Shown piece by piece: positions 39,856 through 49,654 of a stretch of DNA of 64,000 bases (its first letter is position 1; each line of letters begins with the position of its first letter). The notes below the pieces were generated by a model. It made no database searches. It saw only the letters and a program-made list of their open reading frames with translations, and was not told the DNA's origin. The stretch is from Promethearchaeota archaeon (GTDB lineage: Archaea; Asgardarchaeota; Lokiarchaeia; Sigyniarchaeales; SOKP01). The translations under genes were made by a program, and so were the position numbers. The stretch covers positions 1 to 64,000 of the forward strand of contig JAHPZE010000013.1 in the NCBI GenBank assembly GCA_019058365.1, given 5' to 3'.

Positions 39856-42800
39856 ATGTCAACTATATTAAAAGAAAATTTAAGCGTTGATAATAAAGGA
39901 ATAGCTTTAATTCAACGTAAGATATTAAAGGAATTTATCGATCCAACTCTGAAAAGAATACCGTATACTTTTAACGATGCTGAAAATCAAATTCAAATTC
40001 AAATTGGAATTAATGAAAAAGATGTTGAAGCATATATAGAAGAGAATCCTTTTCAACGTAGAAAGTTTCTCTCTTTTGAGATTATTGAAAAAAAAATTAA
40101 AAAATCAAAAAGTTATGAGGATATTGAAAAAATAATTAAGAAAAAATTAGCGACTATAGATGATTTCTCAAAAGTTTCTGAGATCATTGAGAATATCAAA
40201 CAAATGTATGAGACAGAAAAGGTTTTCCGCTTTAGTTTTACTAAATCACGTTATCTAAAACGATTTCTCAATAAAAGTTTTGATGTTATATTATCTGATA
40301 AAAAAAAATATCTTGTATTTGATTTCAAATCAATCCAAGACATAAATCCGAGAGTTTTGAACACCACCATACGTCAAGGAACATTATTAATCCATAAAAT
40401 TGGCCCTCCTAAAGTAATAAAATATTACAATAATAAAAATTACGCTATTTTTAAAGTTTTTTCGTTAATGAATAAACATACAAATAATTTTAATAAGATA
40501 TATGATTTATTAATAACTCCAAATGAAAATATAGTAAATCAAATATATCAAGATAAACAATATGATAATCCTAATGTGTTTTTTGGAAAATATGGTAAAG
40601 ATGAAGAGAGTAAAAGTCAGAATTTCTATATAAGCAAGTTAAAATTTGAAGAATTCTTAAAATCTTATGGTTCAAAATTTCTCTTTGTTCAACATAAAAC
40701 TACAGGAGAGATCTTTGAAATTCCTTTTGATGAGGAAAAATATCACAGATTTCTTTTAGATTTTAAGTATTATAATGATTATGAATCGTTATCAAAAGCA
40801 CAAGAAAAGGCAAACAGAGGGATAGATCCATATTACTCGTACTATGAAGAGTTCTTAAAAAAAACGAAACAAAAGAAAATAAATTATAACAATCAATTTT
40901 TAGAAAGTTTAGACGTTAAAGATTTGTTGATATTAATCGGAGTCAAGAAAGCTATTGGTGATAATGAAAAAACTACAATTGAAGAGGCATTTAAATCTTA
41001 TATTAAAACATGTGAAGAAAAAAATAAAAAAACCTTTACTAAAAATACGTTTGAATCTCATATAAATACACTAGAAGAAAAAAATTTGATTTCAATTAGG
41101 AAAAGAAAAGATGAAAAGAAAATTTATCAGTTTCTTTATTTAAAATCTTATTCTCTAACGGAATTGTTAAAAACTTATAATGAAAAAGAAAATTTGAACT
41201 ATATTTTAGAGAATTTGGAAGATTTAGACTTCTCAACAAGAGTTAAAAGAGAACTTTTCGATGTTGATGTTTCCGTTTACTTTATGAATAACATGGAGAT
41301 CTTAGTTTCCAGAGATAGTGAACTTGAAATAGATTATACAAAAAACCTATTACAAGAAGATTTAACAAATCAGTTTCAAAATGCTAAAGAAATTTTTCAC
41401 AAAACTTATCAAAATCTCATTTTACAAAAAGATATTTATAAGCTTACAAGTGAAAATGACAAAAATTTATTAAATCTCTTGAAAGAGTTAAAATATAAAA
41501 GTCTACTTGAATTTAATGAAGAGTTTGTTATTGACTGTATATATTACTTCTCAATCCTTAAAAAAAATATAAATTTTATAAAAAATCGATTTGAAATTAG
41601 AGATCATGCTTTATTAGAAACTATCTCTATTGTTCAAGGAGTTAGAAATGCTTTTAGAAAGCACTTTTCTAAAGAATCTTCCATTTCCCATTTCAATTCA
41701 TTCTTTAATTTGAAATTTAGTAATTTTACTGTAGTAAATTCTCAATTTCTTTATAAAATTCAAAAGGCTTGTCAAGATTTGATTTTTATGTTTGAAACCG
41801 CTCAAGATTTGAAACTGATTCGAGAAAAATTTAAAAATAAATTTCACACAAATTTTGAATTTAAGCATATTATAAATGATATACAGGCATTAATAGAGCC
41901 AAAATTAAATGTCTACCAAGATGATTTTGACTTAATTTTATCAGAACTTGAAAATGGAGTTAAAAAGAAAAAAGAAGCAGGAAATAATATTGATGAAATT
42001 ACTAAACTTCTAACTGACCAATTAAAAGATAGTTTTTCAAATCAGAAAGAATTTGACAATACTACAAAAACAATTGCAGACATTTTAAAAGCAAAACTAT
42101 CTCCAACATTTGACTATACTAATACAATTAAAGAGATCGATTCATATTTTAAACAAAATATAACTTCTGAAGAGGAAATAACTAAAGTTCTCGACTATGT
42201 TGAGGGAAATCTCAGAAATGACTTCGAAGATAAAAAGAAATTTTTTAGCATTCTTAATAAAATAAGAAACATATATGAGCTGAAAATCGAAAATACCAAG
42301 AAATACAAGCGAATTATAAAACATATAAACAATACCTTTAATAGTTTAACCATTGAAGCAGACGTAGAAAAAATTAAAGGGTATATTGAAAAGAATCTGG
42401 CTGATACTTTCAACACAGCAAGTCAACAACAAAATATTTTACGGCAAATAGATCAAGCTTATAAAAACAAAATGGAAAGTCCAAATGAGCTTGAGGATAT
42501 TACTAAACTATGTTTTGCAGTAATTCGATTGTTATTATCTGATACAGTTTGGCACAATATATTAACAGCTTCGGTTTTCGGTTTATTTGTATTAGCCATT
42601 GATAAAGATAAAGACATTAAATTAGGTTCAATTTGTAAAACATTGAATATACAGCACACCTCTATGAACTTACATATTAAAAAGATCATTAAAGACAACA
42701 TAAATAAAAAAGGAAAACAGAGATTTGAAGATTTGAAGGTAAAAAATGAGGAAACTCGAGAGAAGGTAAGAGAACGATTGGTAGAATTATTAATGAGTTC

Positions 42801-43098
42801 TCAGATTTATTTATTATTTAAAACCCATGAAGGTAAAACTAAACAAACAAATCTGAAAAATTTGACAAATGAGTTTAAATTTCGATTAGATTTTTTTAAA
42901 CGATATAAACAATTCAACAAAGCTATTACGAAGGTATCTGATGTTCTTATAAATAGATTTATAAAAAATTATAGTCAAGGCAGAGATTTCATACAAGATA
43001 ATTTGTCTTATCGTATTCAATTTTTTAAAAATTATTTTGATGAATCACTACAGAATAAAATGCCTGAAATAAAAAATTATAAAAAAATAGGAAAGTAA
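39856..43098 (+). CDS. 1080-aa multidomain orphan: putative PD-(D/E)XK motif, Cdc6/Orc1-type winged helix, helical repeats, TFB-like cyclin/HTH
   Basis: Long intact ORF; domain calls are motif-level readings by eye (see findings). Confidence 0.6.
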   Translation: MSTILKENLSVDNKGIALIQRKILKEFIDPTLKRIPYTFNDAENQIQIQIGINEKDVEAYIEENPFQRRKFLSFEIIEKKIKKSKSYEDIEKIIKKKLATIDDFSKVSEIIENIKQMYETEKVFRFSFTKSRYLKRFLNKSFDVILSDKKKYLVFDFKSIQDINPRVLNTTIRQGTLLIHKIGPPKVIKYYNNKNYAIFKVFSLMNKHTNNFNKIYDLLITPNENIVNQIYQDKQYDNPNVFFGKYGKDEESKSQNFYISKLKFEEFLKSYGSKFLFVQHKTTGEIFEIPFDEEKYHRFLLDFKYYNDYESLSKAQEKANRGIDPYYSYYEEFLKKTKQKKINYNNQFLESLDVKDLLILIGVKKAIGDNEKTTIEEAFKSYIKTCEEKNKKTFTKNTFESHINTLEEKNLISIRKRKDEKKIYQFLYLKSYSLTELLKTYNEKENLNYILENLEDLDFSTRVKRELFDVDVSVYFMNNMEILVSRDSELEIDYTKNLLQEDLTNQFQNAKEIFHKTYQNLILQKDIYKLTSENDKNLLNLLKELKYKSLLEFNEEFVIDCIYYFSILKKNINFIKNRFEIRDHALLETISIVQGVRNAFRKHFSKESSISHFNSFFNLKFSNFTVVNSQFLYKIQKACQDLIFMFETAQDLKLIREKFKNKFHTNFEFKHIINDIQALIEPKLNVYQDDFDLILSELENGVKKKKEAGNNIDEITKLLTDQLKDSFSNQKEFDNTTKTIADILKAKLSPTFDYTNTIKEIDSYFKQNITSEEEITKVLDYVEGNLRNDFEDKKKFFSILNKIRNIYELKIENTKKYKRIIKHINNTFNSLTIEADVEKIKGYIEKNLADTFNTASQQQNILRQIDQAYKNKMESPNELEDITKLCFAVIRLLLSDTVWHNILTASVFGLFVLAIDKDKDIKLGSICKTLNIQHTSMNLHIKKIIKDNINKKGKQRFEDLKVKNEETREKVRERLVELLMSSQIYLLFKTHEGKTKQTNLKNLTNEFKFRLDFFKRYKQFNKAITKVSDVLINRFIKNYSQGRDFIQDNLSYRIQFFKNYFDESLQNKMPEIKNYKKIGK

Positions 43099-43410
43099 CC
43101 CAATAGGTAGATACTAAAAAGCTACGCTTTTTCCAATAGGGAAATTCTTCTACTTTCCCAAATTCATAATATCTCCAAACCTTTTTAAATATTTGGAGTA
43201 AATTATCTACATGAAAAGGTATAAATAAGAAAGGCACTTATTCGAATAAATTTATAACTAAAACTTTATATTACTATAAAGAATAAATAAATTGCAGTTT
43301 AAACATGAATTACATTACAGAATGAAGTTTAATTTGATAAACTGAATAGGAAAATTTAAGAAAGTATATAGAAAAAGAAGGAAAAAACTAATGGGAATGA
43401 TTTATACTTT

Positions 43411-44050
43411 CGGTTCAACCCCACGTATGCGGGAGTAATTCATAAATCCAACTATCCATATTAAATTGACTCGATTCATCCCCGTGTGCAAGGTGGTAAT
43501 AAAAACATAATTATTAATAATTTTTCATCTTTCCGATTCATCCCCATGTGTATGGGGTAAATTGCCTAATTCTGCTTCAGACATCGTATTCCTCCGATTC
43601 ATCCCCATGTGTATGGGGTAAATAAATAGATGATGGTTCACATTTTCTTGAATGGCGATTCATCCCCACGTGCAGGGGTAAAATGTATATATTTTTTTAA
43701 TATTTCTTTAATTTTTCGATTCATCCCCACGTGCAGGGGTAAAATAAATTCTATTTATGAACAAATGGTTATAATTCCGATTCATCCCCACGTGCAGGGG
43801 TAAAATAGATATTTGAATGTATAAACTGTGGGGCGCGACGATTCATCCCCACGTGCAGGGGTAAAATTCCTTCTACGTTTTTTGTCATGATTATTCACCC
43901 GATTCATCCCCACGTGCAGGGGTAAAATGAGGCGATATTAGAAAAGATCTTCAAGTATATCGATTCATCCCCACGTGCAGGGGTAAAATTAATTTTGCTT
44001 GCCCTAGCTTCGCGTTTTCCACGATTCATCCCCACGTGCAGGGGTAAAAT
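43411..44050 (-). CRISPR. CRISPR array: 11 repeats of 29 nt, 10 spacers of about 32 nt, type I-E-like repeat, no cas genes in window
   Basis: CGATTCATCCCCACGTGCAGGGGTAAAAT identical at 43656, 43717, 43778, 43839, 43900, 43961, 44022; variants at 43411, 43472, 43534, 43595; 61-nt period. Confidence 0.97.
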
Positions 44051-44330
44051 ATTTCTTTTTTTAACCGAAATCGAAATCTCGCTAAATTCCTTGACGATAG
44101 AATTTCTTAGTATTGTGTGATGGTTACACCGCTTCTACTATTATTCTTAAAATATGAACTTTTTCCTTCATCCCTTTTGGTCGGTGAGTAGTCCGACATT
44201 ATCCAAGTTTTTCTTAATTTCCTCTTGCGTTATTTTTTTAATTTAGATTTATATTATTTATTAAATAATGATAATTATATATAAATATATTCAATAAATT
44301 AAAAAAGTTTTATCATTTTTTTTGAATTTC
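44051..44330 (-). promoter_or_regulatory. Putative CRISPR leader
   Basis: Non-coding region beside the non-degenerate end of the array; TATA-like TTTATATA near 44285-44278. Confidence 0.6.
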
Positions 44331-44744
44331 TCAATTTTTTTGATTTTTTGTACTTTTTTTTAATAAACCGAATTCTTCCAAACCATTACAAGCTTCCTCC
44401 ATTAATGATGACTCAAATTGAAAGTTTTTAGGACTAGCAGTTGAAAGTTCCATATGATATTTATTTAAAAGTTGGCTATACCTTTTTGTTGCTTCAGCCC
44501 AAAATATCAAATATTTTTGATCCTCAATTACAGTTATAAATGTATTGTGTAATCTGTTCATTTCCTCAATAATACTTTCTGGAGACGTGAAATGTGATAA
44601 GTATTCTTCCTGACTTGGTTCTTTCTCTTGAAATGATAATGTCTTAAGGACTTCACAATTTTTGCATTTACGAGAACTAAAGTTGTGTCTTCTAATTTTC
44701 ATTTTGATCAAATCCCATTTGTCTATTATTAATTTTTTTATCAA
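44331..44744 (-). CDS. Hypothetical protein
   Basis: ORF overlapping the upstream small gene; CKNC. Confidence 0.5.
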   Translation of the reverse strand: MIKKLIIDKWDLIKMKIRRHNFSSRKCKNCEVLKTLSFQEKEPSQEEYLSHFTSPESIIEEMNRLHNTFITVIEDQKYLIFWAEATKRYSQLLNKYHMELSTASPKNFQFESSLMEEACNGLEEFGLLKKSTKNQKN

Positions 44745-44931
44745 AATCTTTAATTAATTTATCCAAATTAGCTTCTATTTCATCATCCTCTTTAAAATAA
44801 ATATGAGAATCTCTACCTTGAGTTCCAAAAACAAAATTGATTAATAATTGACCCAATCTTAATTCAGGATAACGATTCCACGTATTTTCTAACAATTGAC
44901 AAATTCTCTTAATTCTTTTAGGATCTCTCAT
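44692..44931 (-). CDS. Small DUF1040/YihD-like protein typical of viruses and mobile elements
   Basis: MRDPKRI......W..YPELRLGQL. Confidence 0.7.
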   Translation of the reverse strand: MRDPKRIKRICQLLENTWNRYPELRLGQLLINFVFGTQGRDSHIYFKEDDEIEANLDKLIKDFDKKINNRQMGFDQNEN

Positions 44932-45037
44932 GATAATTATAGAGACTTGATAAGCATAAAAACTTCTAGTGTTATTTGGATCTCTAATTTAATAATAAGT
45001 TTTTAATTAACCTACTTAAATAGACAAAAAAGGAATT

Positions 45038-45424
45038 TCAAATAATTTCTTTAACGATTTCCTTAACAGATTTAGGATACCAATGAATATAATCTCTAAT
45101 TTTACTTTCTGACAAATTTTTAGTATAATCTGATATATCCATCAAAATCCTTTTCTTTGGTTTACTATTATAAATCCATAGGTAAATAAAATCCAAAATT
45201 GTCTTTTCTAAATCTGAATATCTGTCATTATTTTCAATTATTCCAAACCTGAGTAATGAGGATTTTAATTTATGAAATTTAAACTTTGAATTATTTATCT
45301 TAATTGGATTATTTCTATAAAGACTATCAGTTATTGTATAATTAATTGTAAAATATTCATGTGTAGCATTGTTTAATTTCAGAGCAGTATAGAGTCCAAA
45401 ATACCAATTCATTACACCTTTCAA
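45038..45424 (-). pseudogene. 5'-truncated AbiEi-like (type IV TA) antitoxin
   Basis: YFGLYTAL...THEY, SDLEKTILDFIY; N-terminal HTH absent; no toxin partner nearby. Confidence 0.65.
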
Positions 45425-45873
45425 ATTGGGAGTTAAAAATTGATTATTTACATAGTGTCTCTAAAGAGATTTATGAGAAATTTCGACAAGATCTGAAAGT
45501 AAATGATATTCTTTTTGTAAAAGATGGGGGTCGCTTAATAGGGACAACATGTATTTTAAGTGAAGAAAGTGATGTTGAGTGTCTAGTATAGAGTCATTTC
45601 CAGATACTTCGATGTGAAAAACCTAAGAAATTACATCCTTTTTTGCTCTTATATCTTCTAAATAAACCTATTGTTAAAAAGCAAGTTGAGGCTAATATAG
45701 TAATTCAGTCTACAATTCCGACTATAGGAGACAGAACAAAAGATATTATTATCCCATTTCCTAAAGATGAACACATTAAAAACGAAATAATTAAAAAAGT
45801 TAAGAATATCCTTGAAAGCAGAGCAGTATTGAGAAAGGAGATTGAAACAATGTTAAATACTATTTTAGAATAG
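45421..45873 (+). pseudogene. HsdS/target-recognition-domain fragment of an RM enzyme with internal stop
   Basis: NWELK...NDILFVKDG..LIG..C...V-TAG(45589)-SHFQILR...LLYLLN..IVKKQ...IIIPFP. Confidence 0.75.
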
Positions 45874-46057
45874 TTAAATCAAAAAAAGCAAATCTTAGTT
45901 ATATTTCCTCAATTTGGATTCTATATAAACTAAATTCTTCCTTTTTTATTTAAACATTCTGAGACTATCCTTATTACTCAGAAAACAATTAAATCATTCA
46001 CCTTCTTTATGAATTTTTAATATTTAAGTACTTAGAGATGTTGGAATTATATTTAAT

Positions 46058-46351
46058 TCATATTTTACAATAAATTCTGGACATTGCTGAATCTTTAGGA
46101 TTATATCCATACCTAATTTTTTGAAAAATTCCATCTAAAACCTTTAGATTTGAAATCTCAGTTACACTAAACAATTTCCACCCCTTAGATATGTTAGAAC
46201 TACTTCCACCACTGATTTGAAAAGCCCGTAATAATTCTTTTCCTTTAGTTGATACTCCATAACAATATGGTTCAACTTTTCGAGAATGTCTATTATACAT
46301 AAAAGTTAAAATCCTTTTTGATTCGATTGCTGAGCATATTTTTATATTCAC
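46058..46351 (-). CDS. Stand-alone WYL-domain protein
   Basis: AIE.KRIL.F.Y....RKVEPY..G.....LLRAFQ......GWKLF....I. Confidence 0.8.
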   Translation of the reverse strand: MNIKICSAIESKRILTFMYNRHSRKVEPYCYGVSTKGKELLRAFQISGGSSSNISKGWKLFSVTEISNLKVLDGIFQKIRYGYNPKDSAMSRIYCKI

Positions 46352-46513
46352 TAATTTCTCTCCTTTATATTTGCATGTTAAAAAAGCTTTGAAATATTTA
46401 TTAACAATTATGTATAATCTTTATTTATTCATAAATAAATCTATAATAGTAGAAGAGATTTTTGAATAAATCTCCTCGAATTTAATAATAATCGACAAGA
46501 ATTCGGATTCAAT

Positions 46514-48490
46514 ATGAAAATAAGTGAGATTAATGTTAAGAACTTTAGGGGGATAAAGAACCTCACAATAAGACTAAGTAATTTTACTATTTTAATAGGA
46601 AAGAATGGTGTTGGTAAATCTTCTATATTACATGCTCTCAATTTTTTTAAACAGCAAAAATATGATTTAAACATTGAAGATTATTATAATAAAGATCTAA
46701 CAAACCAAATTAAAGTAAGTATAACCTTTTTTAATTTAAGTGAGGCAGAAAAAGAAGAATTTCAGCCATATATTCAAGAAGATAAACTAAGAGTCATTAA
46801 AATAGCAAAAGGCGACATTAACACTGATAATCCAAAATTCTCTCAAAAGTATCATGGAGTAAAAAAAATGCATAGAAGATTCACCGAAATTAGAGATATA
46901 TCTGATAGTAAGCCTCAACAAAAGAATTTATACCATAAACTGATTACTCAAGAAAAATATAATTCATTATCAAGAGTCTCAAGGGCAGATCAAATAGAAG
47001 ATCAACTTTCATCATGGGAAGAAGCACACACAGATGAATTAGAATTAATCATGGATAACGGTCAATTCTTTGGTTGGCCAGGTGTAGGTACAGGAAAATT
47101 AGGCAAATATATGGATTTCTTCTTTGTCCCAGCAGTGCACGAATATAGTGAAGAAGAAAAAGCAGAAGGGTCGACTTACTTGAATGAATTAATAGATTTA
47201 ACCATTAGAAGAACCTACACCGATACAACTGAATTAAATGATTTTATAGATGATGTTAAGTCTCAATATCAACAACATATTGATAATGAAACTAAACCAA
47301 AGACAAGTGCATTAAGCCAAGAATTAAGTGAAAGAATCCATCATTTTGCTCCTGAATGTGAGGTCTTTATAAGACATCAATCCGGAGAGGTCAAATTTTC
47401 TCCAACAAAATACGAAACTGAATTAAAAGAATTTGGTTTTCAAGGTCCAATATCGTTTTTAGGACATGGAGTTCAAAGATCATTCTTTTTTACTCTTTTG
47501 CAATATATCGGAGAACAGAGATTTTTATTAAAATATTCAGAAGATTCTGGAGAGAGTGTCAACGGATCTGAAATTACTGATGTTAAAAATGATTTAATTC
47601 TTTTAATAATAGAAGAACCCGAGCTGTATCAACATCCGAACAGGATAAAACTTATAAAAAAATTGTTTCAGAGTTTAACAGAGCCAGATAGGGATTTAGA
47701 TTTCCAATTTCAAATAATATGTAGTAGTCATTCTCCTTATCTTATTGATATGTTGAGTGTCGAGGATGTTCGAATATTGCGAAAGGTAAAAGAAAATGAT
47801 GAATATAAAGTATTCGTAAAAGAAGTAGATCTTGATGAAATTGCTCAAAAAATAAAAGAGTTTTATAAAATTCCAGATACAAAAAAATATGATAAATTAA
47901 CATTATTAAGTCGATTGATTTCTATTATGACAATTGAAATTTCAGAAGGTTTTTTTTCGGATAAGGTTGTTCTAGTGGAAGGATTAGAAGATAAAGCTGT
48001 TTTATTGGCAATTAACCATCAAATAAATCAACCTAGTTTTGAAGAACATGGAATCTCAATTATTCCTGTATTAGGAAAAACAAATTTAGATCGACCTGCT
48101 TTAATCTTTAAAGAATTAGAAATCCCCACATTTATTATTTTTGATACTGATAACGATAAATCTGGGGAAGAATTAACAAAACACGAAAAGATTAACACTG
48201 CTCTCAGGAAAATTATGGAAGACACAAATATAACAGATGCCTTTGAGCAAAAAATTGAGAAAACTTGGGCATGTTTGACTCCAAATCTAACTTCATTTTT
48301 AAAAGAAGAGTTAGATAAGGTTTATTATAATCAAGAAATGAATAAATTAAGAGAATTATATGAATTTCCCAAAATAAAAGATTGCCAGAAAAATGTTACT
48401 ATTATGAAAGAATTTATTAAAATTTCTTATGAAGCTGGTAAGAGAATTCCTTTTTTTGAACAAATTATACAAAATATTCATGAATTATAG
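46514..48490 (+). CDS. OLD-family ATP-dependent nuclease (ABC ATPase plus TOPRIM)
   Basis: GKNGVGKS, GHGVQR, IEEPELYQHP, SHSP; VEGLED and FDTD TOPRIM motifs. Confidence 0.92.
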   Translation: MKISEINVKNFRGIKNLTIRLSNFTILIGKNGVGKSSILHALNFFKQQKYDLNIEDYYNKDLTNQIKVSITFFNLSEAEKEEFQPYIQEDKLRVIKIAKGDINTDNPKFSQKYHGVKKMHRRFTEIRDISDSKPQQKNLYHKLITQEKYNSLSRVSRADQIEDQLSSWEEAHTDELELIMDNGQFFGWPGVGTGKLGKYMDFFFVPAVHEYSEEEKAEGSTYLNELIDLTIRRTYTDTTELNDFIDDVKSQYQQHIDNETKPKTSALSQELSERIHHFAPECEVFIRHQSGEVKFSPTKYETELKEFGFQGPISFLGHGVQRSFFFTLLQYIGEQRFLLKYSEDSGESVNGSEITDVKNDLILLIIEEPELYQHPNRIKLIKKLFQSLTEPDRDLDFQFQIICSSHSPYLIDMLSVEDVRILRKVKENDEYKVFVKEVDLDEIAQKIKEFYKIPDTKKYDKLTLLSRLISIMTIEISEGFFSDKVVLVEGLEDKAVLLAINHQINQPSFEEHGISIIPVLGKTNLDRPALIFKELEIPTFIIFDTDNDKSGEELTKHEKINTALRKIMEDTNITDAFEQKIEKTWACLTPNLTSFLKEELDKVYYNQEMNKLRELYEFPKIKDCQKNVTIMKEFIKISYEAGKRIPFFEQIIQNIHEL

Positions 48491-48853
48491 CGATATGTGG
48501 AAAAAAGATACAAAAAAACTTAATGAAATAAAGAGAGAATATAATGTGGAAAAAAAAAATCATTTACTTGGCAACATTAAATAGCTTACTATAACTTAGG
48601 AGAAATAGGTAAATTCATCACATTCAGGGCAATAATAAAAACCTTCTTTATCCTTCTCTAGTTCAAGACCGCATATATTACAGTTAACAATCATAATTTT
48701 ACTCTTTATTTGACTTTAGAAATAATTTATGTAGAAAATATGCGATTCCTATATAGCTAATCTCAATTGTTTTCTCACTTTTTTCTTAGGTTTAATTTAT
48801 TTTAAAATTTCTTTGGATATTTTATTAAGATCCACAAATACGAAAATATATAA

Positions 48854-49651
48854 CTAATAAAAGGAATTTATATACGTCTGCTTCTTTCTGCTGAATTCTT
48901 CAACTTCAATGATCTTGTTAATTAGAAAATCTACCGCATTAACCAAGTGAGTATCATCAATATACTTATTCTCAAAAGTGATAAAATTTTGTGTATTATT
49001 ATTTATTCGCAATTCTATACCCAGCTCCTCAAATGGTACTTTTAAATGAGTCCAATTCCCTCTTGATTGCTCTTTAGCAATGTCTAAATATTTTTTAGTT
49101 TCGGTAATTTTTTTTGGATTCTTGATAATAACTTTATTATCACGATCCCAACAAGAGATCGCAGTAAAATCCTTTATACCTAAAGCATTAACAAGAGCAT
49201 TTAACTGATCCCTTTTATATTGAAATAAAATGGGTTGATATCTAAAAATAAAGTGATATTTCTCTTTTAGTTTGGCAAGAAGATCATCGCTTAATTTATT
49301 TGAAATTTTAGCTCTTGTATAAAAACATAATATTCTTTTTCTGGGATTTAAAACTATTTTTATTAAAATTGGATATTGCTTTGTTTCACTTAAATTAGGC
49401 GTTTCAGTATATTTAAAGTAAGATAATTCAGTCTTAATAGTGGGTATATACTTTACATCGATTTCAAAATAATCAGATATATAATAATTTTCATTTACGG
49501 GTTCAAATATTTTCTTATACAATCCTGCTTGAAGAATATTGGAATTATTGTCGAAACTAGCTGAATAATTATTATCCTGTAGTATCAGTTGCCTAATTAT
49601 ATCTACTTCATCCTTTATCGCAATATCAAAATAGATTCTTAACGATGGCAT
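48854..49651 (-). CDS. Hypothetical alpha/beta protein in an operon with the AAA+ gene
   Basis: Starts 3 nt after the ATPase stop codon. Confidence 0.7.
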   Translation of the reverse strand: MPSLRIYFDIAIKDEVDIIRQLILQDNNYSASFDNNSNILQAGLYKKIFEPVNENYYISDYFEIDVKYIPTIKTELSYFKYTETPNLSETKQYPILIKIVLNPRKRILCFYTRAKISNKLSDDLLAKLKEKYHFIFRYQPILFQYKRDQLNALVNALGIKDFTAISCWDRDNKVIIKNPKKITETKKYLDIAKEQSRGNWTHLKVPFEELGIELRINNNTQNFITFENKYIDDTHLVNAVDFLINKIIEVEEFSRKKQTYINSFY

Positions 49652-49654
49652 ATA

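Noticed and set aside
39856-43098. Calling the 1080-aa ORF a Cas9/Cas12/Cas13 effector because of its size and position
   Set aside because: No RuvC, HNH or paired HEPN motifs seen; the repeat is class 1 (I-E)-like; no anti-repeat found.
43501-43716. Self-targeting by the very AT-rich spacers
   Set aside because: Only short low-complexity similarities to the window were seen, as expected by chance.
46514-48490. Gabija system
   Set aside because: The GajA-like OLD nuclease has no adjacent GajB/UvrD helicase.
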